Positions 54,969-64,000 of a DNA stretch of 64,000 nt are shown here, one piece after another. Position numbers and translations under genes: made by a program. Source of the stretch: an uncultured Chthonomonadaceae bacterium (lineage in GTDB: Bacteria; Armatimonadota; Chthonomonadetes; Chthonomonadales; Chthonomonadaceae); contig CAWIEK010000050.1 in assembly GCA_963835065.1 (NCBI GenBank), forward strand, positions 96,001-160,000, in the 5' to 3' direction. Under the pieces are notes generated by a model that saw nothing but the letters and a program-made list of their open reading frames with translations, made no database searches and had not been told where the DNA came from. Numbering within the stretch: the stretch's first letter is position 1; each line of letters opens with the position of its first letter.

Positions 54969-55787
54969 TTATTTGGATTTTCCGGCAAACATCTTTTTCA
55001 AGCGCTCCAATAAGCCGAGTTTTTCTTCCAAATCCAAATAGGGAACGGTTTCTCCCCGCAGGCGGCGCGCGATGTTGCGGTACGCCTGCCCCGACAGCGT
55101 TCCTTCCGACATGGAAACCGGTTCGCCTCGATTGGTGGACGTGATGATCGCCTCGTCGTCCGGCACGATGCCCAGCAGCTTGATGTTGCTGCCCAGAATC
55201 TCCTGCACGTCTTCCACGCCCAGCATCTCCTGGTTCCGCACCATCTGCACCCGCAGGCGATTGACAATCAGCATCGCGTTGTGCAGTTCCTGTGCTTCCA
55301 GCAGGCCGATGATTCTGTCCGCGTCCCGCACGGACGCCATTTCCGGGTTGGTGACGACAATGGCTTCCGTCGCGCCGGCTGTGGCGTTTTTGAAGCCCTG
55401 CTCGATACCGGCGGGGCAGTCTATGAGAATAAACGAAAATCCTTCCTCCAGCAATTCCGCGATAATTTGCTTCATCTGCATGGGGCTGACCGCGCTTTTG
55501 TCGCGCGTTTGCGCGGCGGGAAGCAGCGCGAGGTTCTGATTGCGCTTGTCCTTGATGAGCGCCTGCCGCAACTTGGCCCGGCCTTCCACGACATCCACGA
55601 TGTCATACACGATGCGGTTTTCAAGGCCAAGTGCAAGGTCAAGATTGCGCAATCCGATATCGGCGTCGAGCAGGGCGACTTTTTCGCCTAAATTGGCGAG
55701 CGCCGCGCCGATGTTGGCGGTCGTGGTCGTCTTACCGACCCCGCCCTTGCCCGAAGTAATGACGATCACTCGTCCCGTAGTAGCCAT
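54969..55787 (-). CDS. minD: Septum site-determining ATPase
   Basis: ITSGKGGVGKTT, DIGLRNLD, IDCPAGIEQGF, RDADRIIGLL, C-terminal amphipathic helix. Confidence 0.97.
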   Translation of the reverse strand: MATTGRVIVITSGKGGVGKTTTTANIGAALANLGEKVALLDADIGLRNLDLALGLENRIVYDIVDVVEGRAKLRQALIKDKRNQNLALLPAAQTRDKSAVSPMQMKQIIAELLEEGFSFILIDCPAGIEQGFKNATAGATEAIVVTNPEMASVRDADRIIGLLEAQELHNAMLIVNRLRVQMVRNQEMLGVEDVQEILGSNIKLLGIVPDDEAIITSTNRGEPVSMSEGTLSGQAYRNIARRLRGETVPYLDLEEKLGLLERLKKMFAGKSK

Positions 55788-55807
55788 ACTCAAAAAATAT
55801 CCCCCGT

Positions 55808-55996
55808 TTGTAGGTTTTTATGGTTTTAAGGTTTTAGGGTTTTAGGTTGTTCGCTCCCTTATTGCCCTGCCACTGTCTGTTCCCATTTCCTGTTTACAAC
55901 GCTTCGTATTATACCGTGTTCCCGCTCCTTAAACGTGGATGGGTTCCACGTTAAGAATCCTAAGCCCCTAAAACCATAGAACCCTAAAACCTTAAA
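55808..55996. repeat. Inverted pair of TTTTAGGG octamer arrays between minC and minD
   Basis: TAGGTTTTTATGGTTTTAAGGTTTTAGGGTTTTAGG versus CCTAAAACCATAGAACCCTAAAACCTTAA; includes the minC stop codon. Confidence 0.9.
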
Positions 55997-56690
55997 CCGG
56001 CGAGACTTGAATGACGCCGTTTTCAATGCGCGCGACTTCGGGAACGCGCTGGCCGGGTACGGCGCGTTCGCCGTCTTCCGGGGCGCGGGCGATCTGGCTG
56101 CCGATACGCACCAGTTGCGGGCGCATGTTGCCTGCCGTGATACTGGCGGCTTCGTTGCCCTGGCTGCCCGCGTGGGCGACGCCGCGCAGCGTGCCGAAAA
56201 TCAGAATGTCGCCTTCGGCGATCACTTCCGCGCCCGGATTCACATCCCCGCCGATAACGATATGTCCGTTATGTACAATGCGCTGCCCGGAACGGATAGT
56301 CTGGGGCAAATACAGCGCGTTGCTCAGGCCGGTCACGCCCTCCTCTTTGGCTTCCAGACTGCCGCCGGGAAGCATCAGGTAGGTATTGAGGACGAGGGCG
56401 CGGGCCGCTTCGCGCGTTACCGGGTCGGTTGCCACAACCGCGACGACCAGCATCCCCTGCGTTTGTTTCAGGCGTTCCGCCAGTTCCAGCAGGGCCGTTT
56501 GGGAAACCGCCCGCGCGCCCAAGTCCAGCGTGACGTGCGCGCCCTGCCAGTTTTGTCCCTGCGGTCCTTCCGCCAGCCTGCTGTTGATCCGCGCCAGCGC
56601 CTCGTCCCACTTGCCGTCGGAAGGCACTCTCAGCAGCAATTCGTTCAGCAGACGATTCCGCCACTCCGTTAATTCTACCGCCTGATTCAA
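55992..56690 (-). CDS. minC: Septum site-determining protein
   Basis: TIRSGQ, GDVNPGAEVIAEGDI..GTLRGVAHAG; TTG start after GGAGGAG. Confidence 0.93.
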   Translation of the reverse strand: MNQAVELTEWRNRLLNELLLRVPSDGKWDEALARINSRLAEGPQGQNWQGAHVTLDLGARAVSQTALLELAERLKQTQGMLVVAVVATDPVTREAARALVLNTYLMLPGGSLEAKEEGVTGLSNALYLPQTIRSGQRIVHNGHIVIGGDVNPGAEVIAEGDILIFGTLRGVAHAGSQGNEAASITAGNMRPQLVRIGSQIARAPEDGERAVPGQRVPEVARIENGVIQVSPV

Positions 56691-57072
56691 GCCATCTCCT
56701 CCACGCGCCGTATTCCGGCTCCGCCTGAACACCGGAAACATTGCAGCCGGATGAACCCGGAACGGGAAACTGCAACGATGTTGACTACTTGCGCATAAAT
56801 AACAAGCCGACGCTTATTTCGGTGTCGCGGCTGTGGTATCCTCCTTTATTGGTAGTATCTCCTTTATTGATTGTTTGGGGAGAGTTGTTTCTGTCGTGGA
56901 CTACTTCTTGTTTCGCGCCGACGCGCGGTTGCAGGAATTTGCCCACTGCTTCGTGAATACAAGACTCTACAGGTTTGACGGCGACAGACGAAAATAGAAG
57001 GTGTCGTGGAAAGGTTTTCAAAGTATTTCAAAGCAGGTATTTCAAGGCGGTAAGTGTTTTTGAGGAATTTAC

Positions 57073-57705
57073 ATGACGAGCGAAAACGAACCTGAACCCG
57101 GTAAGAAACTGGAACTTGACAGCGAGCGCATTTCTCTGCAAACCGTGATGCAGGTGATTCATGTGCCGCCCGTAAAGCGCGTGGTTCCGCGCAGCGTGTA
57201 CGTCCGTATTCAGGCGTGGAAAGCGGGTCTGCGCCTTTCCGGGCTTGGCTATGGGGTGTTGGCGGGGCTGTGCGGGCTGTTGATAGTGTACTTCCTGTAC
57301 AGTTTGGTGACAAGTCTGACGTTCAATGCGGGCAGCACGTCGTGGGAAAGCATCGGTGTGGCCGTACTCAGTTGTCTGGTCGGCATCGGCGTGGCGGCAA
57401 TGGAGATTGGAAACTGTCAGGAAAGCGGCGCGGAGCGGCTGGAACAAGCGCGGCGCATAGCCCCCGTCACGCCCCTGACCCGCGCCAATACCGCGCATTT
57501 GCCTGCAAAAGAGAGCCTGGTGCGTCCCTCCTCGGAAGCGGATCGGGAAACCGGGGACATGCTGCGCCCCGCCAGCGTCCATGATGCCGTTCCCGCCCCG
57601 CACATGCTGCGGCCCGTTACGGCGCAGCCGGACACGCTTCCAGTCGAGCAATTGATACGCCCGGCGACAAGTCCAGGCGAGGCAGGTTCCCGCGCCGACA
57701 ATTAA
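57073..57705 (+). CDS. Two-TM membrane protein with four C-terminal LLRP-like motifs
   Basis: Two TM helices; ESLVRPS, DMLRPA, HMLRPV, QLIRPA. Confidence 0.8.
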   Translation: MTSENEPEPGKKLELDSERISLQTVMQVIHVPPVKRVVPRSVYVRIQAWKAGLRLSGLGYGVLAGLCGLLIVYFLYSLVTSLTFNAGSTSWESIGVAVLSCLVGIGVAAMEIGNCQESGAERLEQARRIAPVTPLTRANTAHLPAKESLVRPSSEADRETGDMLRPASVHDAVPAPHMLRPVTAQPDTLPVEQLIRPATSPGEAGSRADN

Positions 57706-57837
57706 TTCCTTGCAAATAAAGAAGCCTTTGCTTGTAAGGCCGTCAGACGCCCTGTTGTTCCGATGCAGAGTACCGCATCAGGGACAAGCCTCTTGCGTTT
57801 ACGCCGGGGCAGTTGACTACCTCTTATGTTCCCTCGC

Positions 57838-58143
57838 TTACTCCTGCGTTTCGTCTTGTGCATTTCCGGGCGGCAGTCTGCGCTCGAAACGGTACAGGAT
57901 GTTTTCCAGCCGCAGACGCTGCATCTCGCGCTGTGTTTCGGCATTTTCGCGGTCACGCTGATGTTCAAAAGTAAGACGCTGAAGAGCTTCAGCCAGACGG
58001 TCTATTTTCTGGTTGATCTCCTTGATGTCCTGCCGAATAGCTTTTACGTCTTCGCGCAGTTCCTTAATATCTGCATCATGCTGCTCCGTCTTGCGCACAA
58101 GCGCGAAAACTTTGTTGCCAAGTTCGACGAGTTGTTTCCACAT
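57838..58143 (-). CDS. Small coiled-coil hypothetical protein
   Basis: Heptad pattern IKELREDVKAIRQDIKEINQKIDRL. Confidence 0.7.
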   Translation of the reverse strand: MWKQLVELGNKVFALVRKTEQHDADIKELREDVKAIRQDIKEINQKIDRLAEALQRLTFEHQRDRENAETQREMQRLRLENILYRFERRLPPGNAQDETQE

Positions 58144-58147
58144 GTTG

Positions 58148-58372
58148 TTATACCGCCGCCATCATTGTGTCAAGGCGCTCTTGTGCCCGCGCTTTGATGA
58201 GGTCGCTTTCGGCTTTAAGAATTTGCGTTTCCACCTTCAAGCGTTCGATCACAACGCGGTCGTCCTGCATCTTCTCCTCAAGGAGCGTCATTTCCCGCAA
58301 TAGACGCGCAAAAGCGGCTTTGTAATCGGCCGTAGTTTTGGGGTTGGTTTGCGCCTCAACAATTTCGTCCAT
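58148..58372 (-). CDS. Small helical hypothetical protein
   Basis: RBS GGAG; ends 4 bp before the next gene. Confidence 0.65.
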   Translation of the reverse strand: MDEIVEAQTNPKTTADYKAAFARLLREMTLLEEKMQDDRVVIERLKVETQILKAESDLIKARAQERLDTMMAAV

Positions 58373-58411
58373 GTTCGTTCTCCCGCACCCGTAAAAGATA
58401 AAATTTAGTGT

Positions 58412-58539
58412 TCAAGCCGCTTGCTTGTAAATGTTCTGTTGGGCAATCTGCATCAGCAGGCGTAAGGCTTGGTTGACCGCTTCGGCTGTGGGAACGCTTG
58501 CGCGACATCCTCATCCAAAACGACAATGTTGCCGCTCAC
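58412..58539 (-). pseudogene. Antitoxin-like (BrnA/RHH-type C-terminal) fragment
   Basis: IVVLDEDVAQAFP/TAEAVNQALRLLMQI with a 1-bp frameshift; N-terminus missing. Confidence 0.55.
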
Positions 58540-58625
58540 CTTTTACTGCGTCGCATATCTGTTCTAGATGAGTGAGCGGAAAACTTTATTGTCTAGCGAT
58601 TGACAACCTTTAAGGCGATGTTATT

Positions 58626-58868
58626 CTACACGAACCAACCTTCGGCTTTCGCTTTATCAGTTAAGCGTTGCAAGGTTGCTGCGTCAGGAATACGCGCTGC
58701 TCCGCGCCCTTGAAGTGAGTTATCAGGCCGCCGATAGATAAAGCGATAGCCCTTTTCTTCTCTGCCGTCGTCGTGAAGAAGAGTTATGCGCTGGAAGCAC
58801 AATGTCCAGCCACTAACAACTGGCTCCTTGACTTCTTGATCGTATTTGATTTTAGCTGATTTAGCCAC
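58626..58868 (-). CDS. Small hypothetical protein
   Basis: GTG start after AGGAGG; WTLCFQ...GYRFIYRRPDNSLQGRGAARIP...AKAEGW. Confidence 0.7.
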   Translation of the reverse strand: MAKSAKIKYDQEVKEPVVSGWTLCFQRITLLHDDGREEKGYRFIYRRPDNSLQGRGAARIPDAATLQRLTDKAKAEGWFV

Positions 58869-59220
58869 GACTAACCTCCTGATATTTGAACATTGAAGTC
58901 GGGAGCAGCAAGTTTGTAATTTCGTCGTTCCTGCAATTTCTGTCAGGTCACTCGTTGACACAATTAAGCTTATCAGAAAGTTGTCAGGTGATCTAATCCA
59001 CAGACAGATCATTGACAAGGCACAGGTCTTTACATCCAGCCTACAGAAACATATAGCTGCTTTCAGCCATTATAACGAAGGCTGCAAAGAATGTCAATCT
59101 CATTCCTCAAATAACCTTTTTTCACCATCAATGGCTGATGCTGTTATCCGCGCATTATTTGCCGAAGTGCTTGCGGAACAGCGGAACAAGCGCTCACACC
59201 TTTTTTGCCTGCATCTGTCC

Positions 59221-60015
59221 TCAGCCTGCGTTGTTGAGCCAGTTGACGACGTAATCGCGGTACGCGGTCCAGATTTCGGGGAAGCGCGTGACGTTGGGAA
59301 TGTGGTTCACTTCCAGCAGGTGTTTTGTGCCCTGTGGTGATACGATGTAGTCATTGGCGACGATTTCCAAGCCGAACGCCTGCCCGATAGCGCGCGTGTC
59401 TGCCAGCAATTCCGGGTCTATGTCCATAAAGGCGGCATCGGGCGCGTGAATGGATTTGAGCCAGTCCGCGCCTTCCAATTTAATTTGCCAGAATTGATCG
59501 CCGATGACAACAACGCGCGCGGCCTGACCGGGCAGAAACTCCTCCACAATGCAGGCGTCTTCGCTTGTCCACGTTCCCGTAAAGCGGGCTTTGTTTTCGC
59601 CGCAATGCCAGTTGCCCCATTTTGCCACGCGCTCATCCTCCGAAACAAACGGCGCGTGTGGCCCCGCATAGCCGCGCTGCGGCGAACTGAACCGGGTCAC
59701 TTGCAGGGCGCGTATCAAGCAAGGGAATTTCAAACGGCAGTCCATCATCGCCCGCGCCGCAGGCAGGCACGGCCCATTCCACAAAGCCAGTCCGCAAAAG
59801 AAGTCCAGATCGTTGTCGTAAATGGCATGGAACACCACTTTGTCAACGGCGATCATGCCGGGCGAACGCCGCGCTTCCACAAGCAGGCGCCCGTCATTGA
59901 CCACAATGCGCGGCACGGTCTCATGCGCAATCAGCCCGACGCCGGGAGGAAGCCGCTCCCGAATTTCCGCCACTTCCGCTTCATCCAATCCCACAATGCA
60001 AAATCGCTCTGCCAT
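59221..60015 (-). CDS. ATP-grasp-like protein
   Basis: IVEEFLPG, RVVVIG, FGLEIVANDY, LLEVNHIPN. Confidence 0.7.
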   Translation of the reverse strand: MAERFCIVGLDEAEVAEIRERLPPGVGLIAHETVPRIVVNDGRLLVEARRSPGMIAVDKVVFHAIYDNDLDFFCGLALWNGPCLPAARAMMDCRLKFPCLIRALQVTRFSSPQRGYAGPHAPFVSEDERVAKWGNWHCGENKARFTGTWTSEDACIVEEFLPGQAARVVVIGDQFWQIKLEGADWLKSIHAPDAAFMDIDPELLADTRAIGQAFGLEIVANDYIVSPQGTKHLLEVNHIPNVTRFPEIWTAYRDYVVNWLNNAG

Positions 60016-60192
60016 GCTGTTTTCCTTCTCTTGTGTTGTTTCCGCGCTTGTTCCCTGTCGGCCTTCAAACGCGCGATTTCTTTCCTAAGATTGTGACAGC
60101 CCCCGGAGCCATTTTGGTACACGCGCCTTTCCCATGCGTTCATCGGGAAGAAGGTGTTTCTTGCTTGCCGTGTTTGTGTCATACTCATACCT

Positions 60193-62784
60193 ATGAGCAG
60201 ACAAATTTTTCTTTTCAGTATAATCGCGTTCGTACTGTCCACTTACGGCATGGAGGCGCGTTCGCAGCAGCGGCTTCCCGGCTTTGCGGCTAGTCCCAAC
60301 TTTGGCGAACAAACGCTGGAAGAAACCACGCCCGAAGGCATACGGCTGCTGCTGAACGCGCCGACTACGAGCCAATTCGACGCGAAGCGGCCTACCCTGC
60401 TGATTGTTTACGCCACGCCCAACGGCAGCACCCTTGAGCAGGCAATGGGTTCCGCCCTTGACGCGGATAAGGGCGTGGACGCGCGTTTCGACAATCAGCA
60501 CATTGCGGCGCAGACGCGGCGATTGCGCGAGATTGACAAAGGGGAAAACATCGTCCTCGCCTGCGTGGAAGCGGCGGGATTGAGTTGGCCCGCATGGCGA
60601 CAAAAACATGCCGACAATCCTGCCCTGATCCGCGCATTGGTGGAAAGCGTGAGAAAACGGGTTCCGGGCGCTCCGGTTCGCATGGCGCTGACGGGACACA
60701 GCGGGGGAGGCAGTTTCCTGTTCGGCTTCCTCAACAGCGTGGAAACCATACCCGCATACGTGGAGCGTATCGCTTTTTTGGACGCCAATTATTCCTACTC
60801 CGAAGCCGACAAGCACGGCGACAAACTCTTGGCGTGGCTGAAGGGCAACGGCAAGCGGCATTTGGTCGTGCTGGCTTACGATGACCGCAACATTACGGTT
60901 GACGGCAAACCTGTTGTCGGGCCGGACGGCGGCACGTACCGCGCCACCCACCGGATGCTGGACACGTTCGCCAAAACCGTTCCTTTAGCGGAAACGGTTC
61001 AGGGGGAGTTTACGCGATGGGAAGGGATGCAGGGACGCAGCATGTTCCTCATCCACAACAACCCGGCCAACAAAATTCTGCACACCGCGCTTGTCGGCGA
61101 TATGAACGGCTTTCTGATGGCAATCACGCAGGGCACAAAGGAGGAATCTGCATGGGGAACATTCGGCGGCCCGCGCGCTTACACCGATTGGATACAGCCC
61201 GCCGCGCCACCGGTAAAACCAACCACGCCGCCCCTAAAGCCAACTGACAAACCCGATAAACCGGCAGGCGTACAGGAAAAATCGGCGGTATTGCTGGACG
61301 ATTTTGTTTATGAAGATCAACAGAGAAGTTGCGTGAAGGCGAATATGATTCCTGTCAATCTAATCAATCCAAAACCTGATGCCATCATTCTTGACGCGGC
61401 GCCGGCCACGTATCGCCAACTCGCGGATGATGTAGAAGCGAACTTAACGCGGCATGTTCTGGCGAAGTGGTTCCCGAATGCCATTGACAGCGAACACGGC
61501 GGCTTTTACCAGAACTTCCGCGAGGATTGGTCACGCGACCCGAAAAACGACAAGGGACTGGTATATCAATCCCGTTTAACGTGGATCGCGGCGCAGGCTG
61601 CAATGCGCTATCCCGCCCAATCCGTCCAATATCGTGACGCCGCCCTGCGCGGTTTGGATTTTCTGGAGGGCAAGCTGTGGGATAAGGAACACGGCGGCTT
61701 CTTTTGGGCGCTGGATGAGAACGGGCAGCCGGAGCGGGCCGGCGAAAAGCATGTGTACGGTATTTCCTTCGGCATCTATGCGGCAATCGCATGTTATCAG
61801 GCCACGCAAGAACCCCGCGCCCTGGCTCTGGCAAAACGCGCCTATGAGTGGCTGGAAACTCACGCCCACGACAAGCGCAACGGCGGCTATTATGAAGCGC
61901 TGACGCGGGAAGGCAAACCCATTCTCGCCCCGGCTGCCACTCCCAATGCCGGGCAGAATGATTTCATCGGTACGCATTATGGCTATAAGTCCATGAACAC
62001 GCACATCCATTTGCTGGAAGCGCTCACGTCCCTGTACCACGCCTGGCCGGACGCGCGGGTGCGAACGCGCTTGCAGGAAGTGTTTACGCTTGTGCGTGAC
62101 CGTATCGTGGTGGAACCGGGCTGCATGAATCTTTTCTATACCCCGGCATGGCGTCCCATTCCCGACCATGATTCCTTCGGGCATGATGTGGAAACCGCCT
62201 TCCTGCTTGTGGAAGCGGCACAGGAATTGAACCGAACGCAAAAAGTGAGACAGGTAGAAGTGAATCAGGCAGAAGCGAGTCATGTGGAAGTAAACCCGGC
62301 ACAAGCAAACCATGCCGAAGTAAACCCTGCGCAAGCAAATCATGCGCGAGTGGATACTGCGCAGGACGCGAAAACATGGCGAGCGGCGCGGCAGTTGGTA
62401 GACCATGCGCTTGATTATGGCTGGGACGAAACCAACGGCGGCTTCTACGACTCCGGCACGGCATTCGGAGCGCCGGTTGTCACGGATAAAATCTGGTGGG
62501 TGGAAGCGGAAGGCTTGAACGCACTGCTGCTGATGCACGAGAAATACGGACACGAAACGCCCCGCTACTGGCAGGCATTTCAGCGCCAATGGCAGTTTAT
62601 CCAGCAGTACCAGACGGACAATCGCTACGGCGGCTGGTTTGCGGTTGTCACCCGCGACGGCAAGCCAACCCCCGGCCACATCAAAAGCGATCAATGGACA
62701 GAGGCGTATCATCAAGGCCGCGCCCTGCTCGTCGTCAGCGCCACCCTGCGCCATCTCGCCGAAGCCGAATCGCCCAAAAAGTAA
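60193..62784 (+). CDS. Fusion of an alpha/beta hydrolase and an AGE-family (cellobiose 2-epimerase-like) epimerase
   Basis: Signal peptide; LTGHSGGG; DSEHGGF, KSMNTHIHLLEA, SFGHDVE, KIWWVEAE, YHQGR. Confidence 0.88.
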   Translation: MSRQIFLFSIIAFVLSTYGMEARSQQRLPGFAASPNFGEQTLEETTPEGIRLLLNAPTTSQFDAKRPTLLIVYATPNGSTLEQAMGSALDADKGVDARFDNQHIAAQTRRLREIDKGENIVLACVEAAGLSWPAWRQKHADNPALIRALVESVRKRVPGAPVRMALTGHSGGGSFLFGFLNSVETIPAYVERIAFLDANYSYSEADKHGDKLLAWLKGNGKRHLVVLAYDDRNITVDGKPVVGPDGGTYRATHRMLDTFAKTVPLAETVQGEFTRWEGMQGRSMFLIHNNPANKILHTALVGDMNGFLMAITQGTKEESAWGTFGGPRAYTDWIQPAAPPVKPTTPPLKPTDKPDKPAGVQEKSAVLLDDFVYEDQQRSCVKANMIPVNLINPKPDAIILDAAPATYRQLADDVEANLTRHVLAKWFPNAIDSEHGGFYQNFREDWSRDPKNDKGLVYQSRLTWIAAQAAMRYPAQSVQYRDAALRGLDFLEGKLWDKEHGGFFWALDENGQPERAGEKHVYGISFGIYAAIACYQATQEPRALALAKRAYEWLETHAHDKRNGGYYEALTREGKPILAPAATPNAGQNDFIGTHYGYKSMNTHIHLLEALTSLYHAWPDARVRTRLQEVFTLVRDRIVVEPGCMNLFYTPAWRPIPDHDSFGHDVETAFLLVEAAQELNRTQKVRQVEVNQAEASHVEVNPAQANHAEVNPAQANHARVDTAQDAKTWRAARQLVDHALDYGWDETNGGFYDSGTAFGAPVVTDKIWWVEAEGLNALLLMHEKYGHETPRYWQAFQRQWQFIQQYQTDNRYGGWFAVVTRDGKPTPGHIKSDQWTEAYHQGRALLVVSATLRHLAEAESPKK
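62251..62370 (+). repeat. 4 x 30-bp in-frame tandem repeat
   Basis: QVEVNQAEAS / HVEVNPAQAN / HAEVNPAQAN / HARVDTAQDA. Confidence 0.9.
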
Positions 62785-62910
62785 TCCCACCCCACACATC
62801 GCCCGAAAATACAGGAAACACGTCACTTCTGCAAGGTAATGGGAACAGACCGGCAACAAAACAGGTATCCTGAAACAAGTGCAAGATTTCTTTATGTCCT
62901 GTTCGCCGAT

Positions 62911-62933
62911 GGCGCAATAAATTGCGCCCCTAC
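62911..62933. repeat. GTAG-type REP-like palindrome
   Basis: GGCGCAAT-AA-ATTGCGCCCCTAC (reverse strand begins GTAG). Confidence 0.6.
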
Positions 62934-62945
62934 GAAATTTTACTG

Positions 62946-62982
62946 GAACCTAAAACCCTAACACCATAGAACCCTAAACCCC
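62946..62982. repeat. CCCTAAAA octamer array (single arm)
   Basis: AACCTAAAACCCTAACACCATAGAACCCTAAACCCC. Confidence 0.85.
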
Positions 62983-63009
62983 ATTACCCTACGACCGGGA
63001 GCGTCCCTC

Positions 63010-63795
63010 ATGTATAGTCGCTATAACAATTATAATAGTCCGCAGCAAAAGCTGCAGCGGTTCGTCGCCACAACCGGAGCGCCTTTCACCGTTACGCTGA
63101 TCGCGCTGAACGTGATTTCGTTCTTCTGCGGCGAAACGCTGCGCGCGTCCAGTCCCTTCCATTGGCTTGTGTTCATTTCCGTTCTGTTTCCGCAGCGATT
63201 CTGGACACTGCTGACGTGGCCTTTGGCCGGCGGCGGGCATCCGTTCAACCTGCTGCTGATGTGCCTGTGGGCGTTCTGGGTGTGCGGCAGCCTGGAACGT
63301 AGTTGGGGTTGGCGCGCGTTTCTAGGCTTCTTCTTCGGCAGCGCGGCATTGATGGCGATAAGCGTGTGGATTGGCGGAATACTGCTTGGCATTCCTCTTA
63401 CCGGATTGGCGGGCTTGTACCTGGCGGTTGCCGCGCCCACCATCGCCTGGTGTGTGATTAACGCCAGCGAAGCGATTATGCTGTACGGCATTTTTCGCAT
63501 CCCCGCGCCCGTGCTGATGGCGCTGACGCTGGTTGTCGTGTGGTACGAGTTGGGTTCTGGCGTACTGGGGCTGTTCGGCCTGGTAAGCTGCGGGGCGGCG
63601 TACTGGTATGCCCGCTATGGCCGCTATATGTGGCGCGGCTATGCCCCCGCCCGCTCCAAAACGCCGCCCCCGCTGCGCCTTCTGGACGAAGACCGGGTTC
63701 CCGCGCGCGGCGGATTGGCGGGCTGGTTCCGCGCCAGACAGGAACAGCGCAAACTGGAAAAACTCTGGAAGAACTCCACGAAAAACGACGATTGA
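63010..63795 (+). CDS. Rhomboid-like membrane protein (probably inactive)
   Basis: FWTLLTWP, GSLERSWG..FL.FF; no GxSG catalytic motif visible. Confidence 0.65.
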   Translation: MYSRYNNYNSPQQKLQRFVATTGAPFTVTLIALNVISFFCGETLRASSPFHWLVFISVLFPQRFWTLLTWPLAGGGHPFNLLLMCLWAFWVCGSLERSWGWRAFLGFFFGSAALMAISVWIGGILLGIPLTGLAGLYLAVAAPTIAWCVINASEAIMLYGIFRIPAPVLMALTLVVVWYELGSGVLGLFGLVSCGAAYWYARYGRYMWRGYAPARSKTPPPLRLLDEDRVPARGGLAGWFRARQEQRKLEKLWKNSTKNDD

Positions 63796-63819
63796 TGCGA
63801 ATGACAAACAGGTGAAATC

Positions 63820-64000
63820 ATGCAGCGAAGCATACTACTGGCAGGCGTCTTGCTGCTGTTCGCAGCGGTGAGCGGGCGCGCGGAGAAACGGATGCAGAAC
63901 GCAACAACGGCGGAAAACAGCGTGGTTTTTCAGGGGGAGGCGACTGCGCCCAAAGAGCCACTGAGTCTGTGGTATCGCCATCCCGCGCAAAAGTGGGTGG
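63820..64000 (+). CDS. Probable GH95 glycoside hydrolase, N-terminus (cut by window edge)
   Basis: Signal peptide MQRSILLAGVLLLFAAVSG, then LSLWYRHPAQKWV. Confidence 0.6.
   Translation, partial: MQRSILLAGVLLLFAAVSGRAEKRMQNATTAENSVVFQGEATAPKEPLSLWYRHPAQKWV

Overview
GC-rich bacterial chromosomal window. The DUF1559-type prepilin, the DUF1501 + PSD1/planctomycete-cytochrome pair, the RHS fragment and minCDE together suggest Armatimonadota (inference, not confirmed). Recognisable genes: rsmG, an RpoD-like sigma factor, an IscS/NifS desulfurase, a pspA homologue, prolyl oligopeptidase, a large-subunit catalase with a Tat signal, endonuclease IV, minCDE and several sugar-active enzymes. About 11 genes carry 1-bp indels that look like uncorrected long-read errors. 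I saw no rRNA, tRNA, CRISPR array, transposase, integrase or reverse transcriptase. The most unusual signals are: (1) more than 15 short arrays of 7-, 8- and 9-bp units, of many unrelated unit sequences, often in inverted pairs at gene ends, sometimes in-frame inside proteins, and forming a nested composite around a nucleotidyltransferase toxin-antitoxin-like pair; (2) a shared C-terminal tandem LLRP-like motif on three membrane proteins; (3) an XRE + ImmA/IrrE island with a clear promoter, twin operators and a decayed AT-rich cargo gene; (4) a 219-bp diverged duplicate of a gene 3' end bracketing a SUKH-4/methyltransferase/VanW block; (5) pspA followed by a J-like protein lacking HPD.
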